Virus record (IMG/VR): IMGVR_UViG_3300032214_001248 | Location: 1-59,796 of that record | Direction: 5' to 3' (one strand) | Source: a virus | Taxonomy: Duplodnaviria > Caudoviricetes | Length of the DNA: 59,796 bases | Shown: positions 20,501-28,083 of the stretch, in pieces | Layout: the number at the start of each line of letters is the position of its first letter | How positions within the stretch are numbered: position 1 is the first letter of the stretch | Notes under the pieces: generated by a model | Told to the model about the DNA's origin: nothing | What the model saw: only the letters and a program-made list of their open reading frames with translations | Database searches by the model: none | Translations under genes and position numbers: made by a program

Positions 20501-23371
20501 TAAAACTGTTAAGTAGTAAATACCATCTTCAACTTGTGGCGTAAAATTTTGAACTTGCTCATTTCTAAGGATATAATATGTGTTATTATGTTCCTTTTTC
20601 TTAAAATATGGGAGGGTTGTGTCTCTAGAACTTGTATTATTTGCAAAAGTTCCTGGATTATCTAATAAACCGAAAGAAAAATGTTTCGTACTACTAATTC
20701 CGGTAACCGAGAATGTACCGTTAAATCCAGAATTTCCTATTCCACTTGGGTTTAAACTAGACTCTACATTTATTATTTCAATTTGAGAACCAACAGTTAA
20801 GTTGTGTGGAAGTTCCGTTGAAACATTTGCAGTATTACTTTGCCAATTTGCATTAGCAATAAATCTAAAATTTCTTTGGTCATTTACATTGCTAAGCGAC
20901 CCACTGCCAAAATAAGTTTGTATTTCACCATCAGTAGATCCTATAGAAGTATTTGATTCTTGTAGAATATAACCATCACTTGGTGGTCTTACATTGGATG
21001 CACCAACATCTTTTGGTATAACATATCTGACACGATATATTCTTTCGGATGAAGATCTATTGTCTTTTTTACGTTTGATATAAGTTCTCGATGTCGCTTC
21101 TCCAAGAGAAGTGGTCCCAAGTCCAACAATTACATTGTAAATTCCATTTTCAGTGCTTGCAGATGCTACTCTAACATACCACTGATTTCTTGTACTATCA
21201 AATTGAATTGGATGCCCAATATCGCCAGATATTTTATCAGAAACTCTACTTATAACTTTTAAAGCACCACCTTTAGTATTAAAAGTTATATTTTTTGAAT
21301 CAGTGTTTGTATGTGTAATAGAATCGCTTAGAGTCTTTGCAACTTTAATTTGAGTTGTTCCTATTCCAACATCATTTACATTTGTAATTGCATAATAAAC
21401 TAGATTATTTAAAAGTCCATCTGGAATTTTTCCAATATCACTTAAAAATCTAATTTTTTCGCCATTTTTTAGAGTATGTGCTCCAATAGTCAACACATTA
21501 CTAGAATTATTAGTAACGTTAAATGATTTCTCAGAACTTGTCTGAGATTCTGGCATTACAATTCTGGAAGAATATTCTGTTACTGTTCCCGATGAAGAGA
21601 CAAGTACATTCAATCTATCATTCTGTCTTGCACCTATGCGATATCCCTCAATTACATTATCTGGGTAAACATCAGAGTTTGTTTGTCCATAAAGATATAA
21701 ATTTCCAGTTGATCCAAAAGAAATTGTTTTTGCAACATCAATAGCATTGAATTCATAAGTAAATTCATCTAAGGAAACTTCTTTTGGTGGTATGATATGT
21801 GTGATGTATCCAAGATCATCTTGAGGGAAAGCATTTCTCTTAAACCCACTAGCAATTAATGCTTTAGAACCAAAGTTGGAGTTTGAGTTTGTGATGGACA
21901 TATCTCCACCACTTTCTGTGACAAAATGTTCTGCATAACCAATAGCAAAAATTGAAACGTTCTGAACAAACGCATCATTAACTGCTTTGATGTGGTAATT
22001 TCTCCACTCTGGTTTATGAACAGATCTAGAATTATTGCTTAAAGTCTCATTGCCCGGAACTGAGCTATCTTGATATAGTCCAGTATCTTCATCAAAAATA
22101 ACGAATGCTCTATCATCCTTTTGAAGCCCAATTCCTGTAAATTGGGCAATCACCATAGATTTAAATCCTGTTGCTTTATCACCATCAGCAAGAATTCCAC
22201 ACATTCCATATACGGAACGAAGAGAAATATTAAAAATATATGGAGATGCTGAACTTACAGTATCTGATTGTAAGGTAAGAGTTGCCCCTTCCGAAGTAGA
22301 TAATGCAAGAGTTGGTTCGTTTTGAACCTGATATTTAATTATGGTATCTGATATTTTCTCGGTAACTACAAATTGACCATCATATCCATCTGAAGTTACG
22401 CCTTCAATTCTAAAAGGAGTATCTACATCTAATCCGGGGACAGAATCTTCTGTAGTTACAGTAACCGTTGTGCTTGGAGTTATTCCGTCTCCAGATATAA
22501 TACTTGCTATACCTACAGTAAATCCTGTCGATCCAACAATGCGATATTCATCAATTTTTGGTTGAATATCAAGACCAGAACTTGGATAATCTGGTTCTAT
22601 CGGACGACCAGATGATTGCCCATAAACAAGACCGACTTTTTCATAATACATTTCAAGATCGGTTCTATCAAATTTTCTACCAGTAATATATTCATCATTT
22701 ATACTTACTTCATTTACGCCGTCTGCGTATTCAAAGCAAGATAATTTGTGGTGAGAAAAGTTGGGAACAAAAAGATTGGAAGTATAGTCAATATAACACT
22801 GTCCATTTGGATCTGCATCAAATAATGAAAACTGCCAGAAATAGCATCCACCAGTAACTCTGAAAATAGTTGATTTTTCAATATTATCATTTAGTGGATT
22901 TGGAACATATTTTGGTCTTATTTTAGTCTTTCTTAAGTCCAATCCAACAATTGAAGTTCCACGGGGGATGATAACACCACCATGAATACTGTTGAGTTTA
23001 TAAAGTTGATTTGACGGATTTGTTAAATCGAAATTTGTACTTAAATCATATGGTGGAAAATCATTTGTTATTGTTCCATCTCTACGAAGAAAAATACCTT
23101 CACCATCAGGAATCCATCCTGGACGGTTATCTACAATATGATCCCCAGGATAAAGAATAATTGTAGTTTTATTAAATCTATCGTTACTTAAACCTTTTTG
23201 ATATGAAAATCTTGCAGACTCTACTAATGCCCTCTGAATCGTTTTAAACGGACGAGTCAAAGAGTTACCTTGATTTTCAATACTATCAGTAGCATCTAAG
23301 TCATTGGGATTAACGTAAAGAACTGTTCCTCTTGCCGACTTCAGAAAATTATTAAGGCGTGAAAGACCCAT
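17507..23371 (-). CDS. large virion structural protein (conserved cyanophage fibre/baseplate-associated)
   Basis: 1954 aa. N-terminal LYVNPND.DATDSIENQGNSLTRPFKTIQRAL, and C-terminal fibre-like GIGT repeats. Confidence 0.75.
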   Translation of the reverse strand: MGLSRLNNFLKSARGTVLYVNPNDLDATDSIENQGNSLTRPFKTIQRALVESARFSYQKGLSNDRFNKTTIILYPGDHIVDNRPGWIPDGEGIFLRRDGTITNDFPPYDLSTNFDLTNPSNQLYKLNSIHGGVIIPRGTSIVGLDLRKTKIRPKYVPNPLNDNIEKSTIFRVTGGCYFWQFSLFDADPNGQCYIDYTSNLFVPNFSHHKLSCFEYADGVNEVSINDEYITGRKFDRTDLEMYYEKVGLVYGQSSGRPIEPDYPSSGLDIQPKIDEYRIVGSTGFTVGIASIISGDGITPSTTVTVTTEDSVPGLDVDTPFRIEGVTSDGYDGQFVVTEKISDTIIKYQVQNEPTLALSTSEGATLTLQSDTVSSASPYIFNISLRSVYGMCGILADGDKATGFKSMVIAQFTGIGLQKDDRAFVIFDEDTGLYQDSSVPGNETLSNNSRSVHKPEWRNYHIKAVNDAFVQNVSIFAIGYAEHFVTESGGDMSITNSNSNFGSKALIASGFKRNAFPQDDLGYITHIIPPKEVSLDEFTYEFNAIDVAKTISFGSTGNLYLYGQTNSDVYPDNVIEGYRIGARQNDRLNVLVSSSGTVTEYSSRIVMPESQTSSEKSFNVTNNSSNVLTIGAHTLKNGEKIRFLSDIGKIPDGLLNNLVYYAITNVNDVGIGTTQIKVAKTLSDSITHTNTDSKNITFNTKGGALKVISRVSDKISGDIGHPIQFDSTRNQWYVRVASASTENGIYNVIVGLGTTSLGEATSRTYIKRKKDNRSSSERIYRVRYVIPKDVGASNVRPPSDGYILQESNTSIGSTDGEIQTYFGSGSLSNVNDQRNFRFIANANWQSNTANVSTELPHNLTVGSQIEIINVESSLNPSGIGNSGFNGTFSVTGISSTKHFSFGLLDNPGTFANNTSSRDTTLPYFKKKEHNNTYYILRNEQVQNFTPQVEDGIYYLTVLNSSVTPSINYFGDEKFSQNVKNLYPQLDKDNPVSDPIEAKSFAQSSLIGETLIDEPRNSITKETISKNFVDVSVGVGITNIVSTSSTIHTIHTSIDHGLNRITKVSIANSGLGYGFAASGDFYNARLVGIGTSITGNHATAKITVNASGNITNVVIMDGGSAYGIGNSLAIVGVSTFAGFTTAYVNVTKIYNNIGDSIRINGVSSETYSSFNNLYRITGVSVGAAKSFSVQSSVGLSTWISNGGIGSVVTSNSSAYLTGETLRISSLAYDRVSGIATVVTQNRHGLKIDSKIRIGGANQSLYNGDFVVTENVSLTSFKVKIGIGTISPTATGTLYGYRGGVTSNEGIVTIDNENLNGRMTPIYAGITTTLYSAISDVTTESITLSGIDNLDVRIGDYFAIDDEIVRVKSTVPNNISAGTPISVFRSVLGTKASTHISNSIVRKIRTLPVELRRHSISRASSHTFEYVGFGPGNYSTAFPDRQDRQISPQEELLGQSTRKNGGINFYTGMNDKGISYSGNKKLSTVTGQEEIFDTPIQTITGEDISDFPSINVISAIEGNFGRAITISGGSNKNSVSEFNGPVIFTNKLTSSSPKGIEAYSLYLQGDAVVSRKFTVGISTPTTAGNPGDVVYLDNPTKTGFVGWIYTKENAWFRFGAINEASVSNSPIFDTLGINTITAGANRLLVNSGTNQFSVTSSGGVGIGTTDRGFKLNINGNANISGNLNIIGILTASNFVGDGSLITNLSLPASGWTNTSNEVYNTDFKNVGIGTSVPRFAFEVGAVGMASTSIYVNGQARFVGLITANNVHVSGIITATSYNLQSSSGRITAGIITSTNLVVGTSGTALITSSSNIGIGTLTPRAKLDVEGLTRLKTFTESVTTLTSASNFVTIDLSVSQTFELTLTQNINYFVVINPPANSSSFTIKITQASVGGYTVDLDDFRNIGLNAIPVYWPGGGVIPTVTSTANRSDIYSFRLFDGNNMSSVGMYAVVVGQNFVN

Positions 23372-23415
23372 TTTATTAATACTTATAGTTCCGTTATGAG
23401 TTATTTATTCACAAG

Positions 23416-23440
23416 AAAACCTCCTACAAGAGGAGGTTTT
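23416..23440. terminator. intrinsic terminator hairpin, possibly bidirectional
   Basis: AAAACCTCCT-ACAAG-AGGAGGTTTT perfect 10-bp inverted repeat. Confidence 0.7.
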
Positions 23441-23464
23441 ACAAGTCACACGGAAGGGATTTGG

Positions 23465-24097
23465 TTAAGTATCGCCTTTTATATTATACCACTCTTGCTC
23501 TTGCCAAGTCAACTGTTGTTTGAGTTTCTTGTCGAAAACCATAAGATACCGATGTTTACGACTCCTATCACGCCACTCACCATCAGCACCCTTGATACTA
23601 CCTCGTGAATGTTTGGTCCCATCAGCATAATAGAAATCTTTTTTAGCGTCAGTTAAACCGTAGTACTGAAAATTACAAGCTCTGTATATAATTCCAGAGT
23701 GGTGATTAGAGTCAGCGTAACTAAGAACAGCACGAACTGTGGCATCTTTTTTAAACCTCTTAATGCAACGACTTACGAACCAAGACGTAATATTATATTC
23801 TTCTTTCTGAACTTCAGGATGAACACACAATCTTGATAACTCATAAAGTCCTTCCTGTTCATTTCTTTCTAGTCCAAACGCCCCTACTGCTATTTCTGGG
23901 ACGGGGAGACTAGTGAAAATAACCCCACCAAGACAACCCCCAATATTAAGAGGGCATTCCCAGTCAGAATGTTTGAAAAGTCCATAGTTATAACCCGATT
24001 TGTATGTTTTACTTTCATCCTTAAGATAATGATAAGTTAAAAGGAGTGGTTCAAGTTCTTTTTTCGACACTCTTTCTATGTAGTATTGACTTTTCAC
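23465..24097 (-). CDS. mom: Mom-like DNA adenine modification protein (GNAT fold)
   Basis: HYL, YELSRLC, SWFVSRCIK and AVLSYAD..HHSGIIYRACNF.YYG match the Mu Mom family pattern. Confidence 0.75.
   Translation of the reverse strand: MKSQYYIERVSKKELEPLLLTYHYLKDESKTYKSGYNYGLFKHSDWECPLNIGGCLGGVIFTSLPVPEIAVGAFGLERNEQEGLYELSRLCVHPEVQKEEYNITSWFVSRCIKRFKKDATVRAVLSYADSNHHSGIIYRACNFQYYGLTDAKKDFYYADGTKHSRGSIKGADGEWRDRSRKHRYLMVFDKKLKQQLTWQEQEWYNIKGDT
23483..23512 (-). promoter_or_regulatory. sigma70-type promoter inside the 3' end of mom
   Basis: TTGACT-N18-TATAAT with TG at the extended -10 position. Confidence 0.55.
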
Positions 24098-24110
24098 TTT
24101 TTAAGTATTT

Positions 24111-24284
24111 TTACTCATTTTGTTTGCATTCTAACATATATTCTACCGTGCTTGCTACATCATTCATAGCATCACGAAGAAATGGTTGTTGTCCCGATTC
24201 TTGTCTGCGAATAGGACGCGAACTGTCAGTAAGAGTCCAACGCCATTGCTTCATAGACTCACAGTACCAGAGTTTAATGTTCAT
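24111..24284 (-). CDS. small hypothetical protein (57 aa)
   Basis: Not in ORF track. MNIKLWYCESMKQWRWTLTD...QESGQQPFLRDAMNDVASTVEYMLECKQNE fills the gap between tRNA-Thr and mom. Confidence 0.65.
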   Translation of the reverse strand: MNIKLWYCESMKQWRWTLTDSSRPIRRQESGQQPFLRDAMNDVASTVEYMLECKQNE

Positions 24285-24306
24285 TTTGGAGTTTTAAAGA
24301 ACTCAG

Positions 24307-24377
24307 AGCCCCATAACAGAATTGAACTGTTCTCTGCAGTTTACAAAACTGCTGCATCACCACAATGCTTATAGGGC
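24307..24377 (-). tRNA. trnT: tRNA-Thr(UGU)
   Basis: GCCCTAT/ATGGGGC acceptor stem, GCAGT-TTTGTAA-ACTGC anticodon arm, AACAG-TTCAATT-CTGTT T arm; no encoded CCA. Confidence 0.9.
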
Positions 24378-24379
24378 AT

Positions 24380-24649
24380 TTAATCAACAGGTAACATTTC
24401 TGGATTTTCCAGTTCAAGTTCAAACATAAGAGGATGACATTCTTCAAGCATCAAGTAGTATGAGGATTGATAAAGGTCTTCTGGTTCAAAACGTCTTTCG
24501 TTATCTGCTAATTTGACTAACTCCAAGTCGAATAAAGAATCGTCTGGAAGTTCGTCAAAAGTAAAAGGAACTTGATTTATGAAGTACATAAGAACAATTT
24601 GTTTTCCGCGATTGTACCATACATATGCGGCATCTATTCTGTACTTCAT
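24380..24649 (-). CDS. hypothetical protein
   Basis: 89-aa acidic ORF between the HNH gene and tRNA-Thr. Confidence 0.7.
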   Translation of the reverse strand: MKYRIDAAYVWYNRGKQIVLMYFINQVPFTFDELPDDSLFDLELVKLADNERRFEPEDLYQSSYYLMLEECHPLMFELELENPEMLPVD

Positions 24650-24685
24650 AGAATAGTTCCTTTACTTTTGTTTATTTAGAGGAGG

Positions 24686-25150
24686 TTAACTTCTCTTGTT
24701 TTTACCTCTATATGTCTCGGTTTGAGCGTGACAGTTAGGGCAAAGAAGGCGAAGGTTTTCTAAACGATTATCGTGGTGATTTCCGTTTATGTGGTCTAAT
24801 TCAATAGGAGTAGGTTGACCTCTCCATTCTTTTATGCCACATTCTTCACATTTATGTTCTTTTATTCCTTCAATAATAAGTCTATTACGAAGTCTAAAAG
24901 ATTGAACTATACTGTTCTCTTTAAGATAATAGTCAACTGGTTTTTTTGGTCCAGTTTTCTTATCTTTATTCCACGCTTGTCCGTGGAAGTGAGAGGTATC
25001 AATACCCAACTTTGATATTCTTCTATGAGTTGTTTGGTAATTTCCCCCTGCTGGTATTATGTTAAGTTTTTGTAAAACTTGCCTAATACTACCAGAAGTT
25101 TTTACCGCCTCACGGAGTTCGTCTTCAGTATAGGTATATCGTATATTCAT
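24686..25150 (-). CDS. free-standing HNH homing endonuclease
   Basis: CEECG...IELDHINGNHHDNRLENLRLLCPNCHAQT, with a helical N-terminal region likely to bind DNA. Confidence 0.9.
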   Translation of the reverse strand: MNIRYTYTEDELREAVKTSGSIRQVLQKLNIIPAGGNYQTTHRRISKLGIDTSHFHGQAWNKDKKTGPKKPVDYYLKENSIVQSFRLRNRLIIEGIKEHKCEECGIKEWRGQPTPIELDHINGNHHDNRLENLRLLCPNCHAQTETYRGKNKRS

Positions 25151-25194
25151 TTAAATGGTAAACTTTATGTTTATTTATAAAGTTTACCATTTAA
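25151..25194 (-). promoter_or_regulatory. 18-bp perfect hairpin containing a late promoter (TATAAATA at 25172-25179), directly before the HNH ATG
   Basis: TTAAATGGTAAACTTTAT-N8-ATAAAGTTTACCATTTAA immediately followed by ATG. Confidence 0.8.
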
Positions 25195-25478
25195 TAGGGC
25201 GAGCGAGACTTGAACTCGCACGAGCATACGCTCAACAGATTTTCTTACCACTATAGTTTTCACTACCCTTTCAGTTTGTGGTCTGGACTATACCTTCACC
25301 ATACCTTTCGATTTAGGTGTTCCCCGTCTAGTCTCTACACCTTCAAGATTTCTCTTGCTTGGCTCGGTATTGCCATTTTACAGGTTTCACCGAATTTGAG
25401 GAATTACACTCATAAGGTTTCCCAAATGAGGCTCAATTTTCATAAGTCTGGTGTGTCTACCGATTCCACCACCGCCCC
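25195..25478 (-). tRNA. trnL: tRNA-Leu(UAA) interrupted by a group I intron (exons 25444-25478 and 25195-25243)
   Basis: 5' exon GGGGCGGTGGTGGAATCGGTAGACACACCAGACTT joined to 3' exon AAAATCTGTTGAGCGTATGCTCGTGCGAGTTCAAGTCTCGCTCGCCCTA gives an 84-nt class II tRNA with loop CT-TAA-AA. Confidence 0.92.
25244..25443 (-). ncRNA. group I intron ribozyme (IC3-like), 200 nt, no internal endonuclease gene
   Basis: P1 with U.G pair (CUU|A...UGAG), P AAAUUCGGUGAAA, Q AAUACCGAGC, R GUGUAGAGACUAGACGG, S GGUAUAGUCC, terminal G, several GAAA tetraloops and a CCUAA...UAUGG receptor in P8. Confidence 0.92.
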
Positions 25479-25487
25479 ATAAAAAAC

Positions 25488-25667
25488 TCAGAGGAAACTG
25501 AGTTGACTGTTACATTCTACCATATAAGTCGGAGGATGTAAACGGCAGTATTCATTAAACGTAATCTTCATTTCTTTATTGGTGAGATTACAGTTTTCTG
25601 CCGCTTTTGGAACGTTCCACTTTGCAGTGAAGAGCATTTCCATTGATTTTCTTGTTTCTGGACGCAT
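25488..25667 (-). CDS. small hypothetical protein (59 aa)
   Basis: Not in ORF track. MRPETRKSMEMLFTAKWNVPKAAENCNLTNKEMKITFNEYCRLHPPTY... Confidence 0.65.
   Translation of the reverse strand: MRPETRKSMEMLFTAKWNVPKAAENCNLTNKEMKITFNEYCRLHPPTYMVECNSQLSFL
25514..25542 (-). promoter_or_regulatory. sigma70-type promoter upstream of tRNA-Leu
   Basis: TTTACA-N17-TAGAAT with extended TG, ~35 nt upstream of the tRNA 5' end. Confidence 0.6.
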
Positions 25668-25726
25668 TTTAAAAAAAGTATCGTGTGAGAATTTTTGCCG
25701 GAGTTTTTTACCCCCAAAAATGGAAC

Positions 25727-25909
25727 TTAAAGTGGATTTGCGTATGAGAGTGTTTCCTCATCCACTGTAGCACGAACAAAGTCTAGCACATTCATAAACT
25801 CTTCGACTGTATCACATGCCACTTGCTTCTCTGACCCCTCACTGGAGTACAGGTACACTGTACGCTTGAGAGGGTCCACAACACAGCGTGAGAGGTACTC
25901 GTCTTGCAT
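25727..25909 (-). CDS. small hypothetical protein
   Basis: 60-aa ORF downstream of a strong early promoter. Confidence 0.7.
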   Translation of the reverse strand: MQDEYLSRCVVDPLKRTVYLYSSEGSEKQVACDTVEEFMNVLDFVRATVDEETLSYANPL

Positions 25910-25934
25910 TCGGTCGTCCGTTGATTACCCATGT

Positions 25935-25963
25935 ATCATAGCACGGTCAGGGGGGCGTGTCAA
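25935..25963 (-). promoter_or_regulatory. early sigma70-type promoter
   Basis: TTGACA-N17-TATGAT with extended TG. Confidence 0.75.
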
Positions 25964-26721
25964 GCCCTTATGCCATTGATCACATACTGAGAATTGTCTC
26001 CAGGGTAATCGGCAGGACTTGTTCCTTGATATTCTGGAATGTTTTTATCAACATCTTTTCTTTCCCCATAAACAACGTAAGTACAATTGATAGCACCACC
26101 AGCATTATTTTTTACAATTACTCTATTTCCCCATTCTATTTTTTCAACAAACAATTCCTGATAAACACCAATAGGCGTTAAAGTTACTCCAATAGTTTCT
26201 GCATCTACTAAGTCTCTCCAATATTCAGGAAGTTGAATAACATTATCATCAACCAGTCTACCTCTAACGTAAACTTCCGCTTCTGGACCTTCTATACAAA
26301 TATATCTGAGTCGATATCCTTCTTTTGATGGATGTAAAATATCAAAAGATTTTTTGCTATTCACCACACTGACTAAATTTGTCCAAGCAGTTCCGGCAAT
26401 AGTTTCAACATCTATACCATTTGCCGACATAATACCACTTATATCAACATCGCCATTAAAACCTGTTTGGTCTGCGTTTACATTGAATGTGGGAATATTA
26501 CCTTGACTTCTTTCTAAAGTAACAACAGAGGTGTCAAATCCATTCAAATGCATATAAACATAGTCAGCGGGTGATTCGACTACATTTGCAAGAACCATAG
26601 AAACATCATCAATATTCCAATATCCACTAAAAGGATCTAAAGAAAAATCATCATTATTTCTATAGTCTACATCAACCCCGGGTCCAGCAAAGGTTCCATA
26701 TTTTTGAAAAGTAAATGCCAT
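25960..26721 (-). CDS. virion structural/tail-associated protein
   Basis: C-terminal KSFDILHP...LRYICIEGPEAEVYVRG...LPEYW..LVD domain shared with the adjacent paralogue. Confidence 0.65.
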   Translation of the reverse strand: MAFTFQKYGTFAGPGVDVDYRNNDDFSLDPFSGYWNIDDVSMVLANVVESPADYVYMHLNGFDTSVVTLERSQGNIPTFNVNADQTGFNGDVDISGIMSANGIDVETIAGTAWTNLVSVVNSKKSFDILHPSKEGYRLRYICIEGPEAEVYVRGRLVDDNVIQLPEYWRDLVDAETIGVTLTPIGVYQELFVEKIEWGNRVIVKNNAGGAINCTYVVYGERKDVDKNIPEYQGTSPADYPGDNSQYVINGIRA

Positions 26722-27380
26722 TATTCATCAATCTCCACTTCTAAAGGTCTAACGTCTTTTCTCTCTGCAAAAATATGATAAAAGCAATTTATTGGCATAT
26801 TTGCCTTTGATTGTAAATGCACCTTTTCTTCATCAATTCTTTTTACAATAACATCTTGATGAGATCCAATTGGAGTTAAAGAAACTGTAATTGTTTCCAC
26901 ATCAACAAGCTCTTTCCAATAATCTGGAAGTTCAATATAGTTTCTATTTAATACTCTTCCTCGAATGTAAACTCCATTTTCTGGTCCTTCTAAGCAAGTA
27001 TGAACTAATTTTTTACCAGGTTTTGTTGGATGATCAATTACGAAATTTTTGATTGTTGCTTGAAGAACTCTTGTCCTTACAACTTCTGCTTCAATATATC
27101 TAGATTTGAGAAGTAAATCAACTCTTACAAAACTTTGAAATCTAGAATAAAGTTTTGACCATAAAGAATAAAATGGTGACCTAGAATCAGAATTAAAAGT
27201 TCTACCAACCATCATTGTAGCATCAGCATTGTCATATTCTTTAGCTGCACCGACTTGCATAGGACCTTCAACAAAAGCAGATCCATTAATTTTTCCTGGA
27301 CCAACCCCCATCATAGGTGGAAGTCCAGCACCAACCATCAACTGCCCACCTAATGCAAGATCATCAGAACATTGTGCCAT
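26721..27380 (-). CDS. virion structural/tail-associated protein (paralogue of the downstream gene)
   Basis: KNFVIDHP...LVHTCLEGPENGVYIRG...LPDYWKELVD. Confidence 0.65.
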   Translation of the reverse strand: MAQCSDDLALGGQLMVGAGLPPMMGVGPGKINGSAFVEGPMQVGAAKEYDNADATMMVGRTFNSDSRSPFYSLWSKLYSRFQSFVRVDLLLKSRYIEAEVVRTRVLQATIKNFVIDHPTKPGKKLVHTCLEGPENGVYIRGRVLNRNYIELPDYWKELVDVETITVSLTPIGSHQDVIVKRIDEEKVHLQSKANMPINCFYHIFAERKDVRPLEVEIDE

Positions 27381-27391
27381 TTTTTATCTCC

Positions 27392-28051
27392 TTAAAATTC
27401 AGCTTGTTTAACTTGGAAGTTCCTACCTCCGTTTTTACCATCTTTATTTGCAACTGCATCTGTCACACCTCTTATTACAGAACTATAAATGCTTAGGCAA
27501 CTATTAGCAGCAATTTCTGCCTTTCCAGATGTTGCCAATTTATACATTGCTTTTGCATTCAATATCACCTTCTTTCCATCAAGTTCGATATTTTCCGTCG
27601 CTTTCATTCGGATGTTTCCTTTTGAACCACCCTCACCAACAGCAATCAGTTCAATATCAGTTCCTATTAGTCTAATTTTTCCGTTTAATGCATTAATATC
27701 TATATTACCATTCCAAGAACCAATGTAAAGAGAATCTTCGGTTTCAGTAAGGTCTTCTCCAGATTCAATAGATATCCTACCAGGTGCAGTAATTTGAGTG
27801 CAAGATTTTCTTGGACCTTCTTTATCCAAAGAAATAGAATGTCTTCCATCAGACGCTTGTAACAATACATCTGCAGTGCAATCTGCAGACTTATGAATAT
27901 GCCCAAAATTTATTGATCCATGGTCATTACCATAACGAAGTCCTGTATAGTTTTTCTTGGCGTTATTATTTTCTGGAAGAGATCCACTTGCATATGCAGC
28001 ACTTCTAGGCGATCCTGATCTATTATTAAATCTATTCTGGGAAGTTGCCAT
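27392..28051 (-). CDS. baseplate spike-like protein (gp5 C-terminal beta-helix-like)
   Basis: Short alternating beta repeats (NIDINA.NGKIRLIGTDIELIA...NIRMKATENIELDG); located downstream of gp5. Confidence 0.5.
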   Translation of the reverse strand: MATSQNRFNNRSGSPRSAAYASGSLPENNNAKKNYTGLRYGNDHGSINFGHIHKSADCTADVLLQASDGRHSISLDKEGPRKSCTQITAPGRISIESGEDLTETEDSLYIGSWNGNIDINALNGKIRLIGTDIELIAVGEGGSKGNIRMKATENIELDGKKVILNAKAMYKLATSGKAEIAANSCLSIYSSVIRGVTDAVANKDGKNGGRNFQVKQAEF

Positions 28052-28083
28052 TACTATAAACTAATATACACTATTTAATCACC

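Noticed and set aside
1-23371. Diversity-generating retroelement acting on the fibre repeats
   Set aside because: No reverse transcriptase in the window, and repeat differences look mostly synonymous rather than adenine-specific
24186-24374. 62-aa plus-strand ORF
   Set aside because: It overlaps tRNA-Thr and a better minus-strand small gene
25210-25482. 90-aa plus-strand ORF
   Set aside because: It is the antisense of the tRNA-Leu and its intron, with no protein-like features
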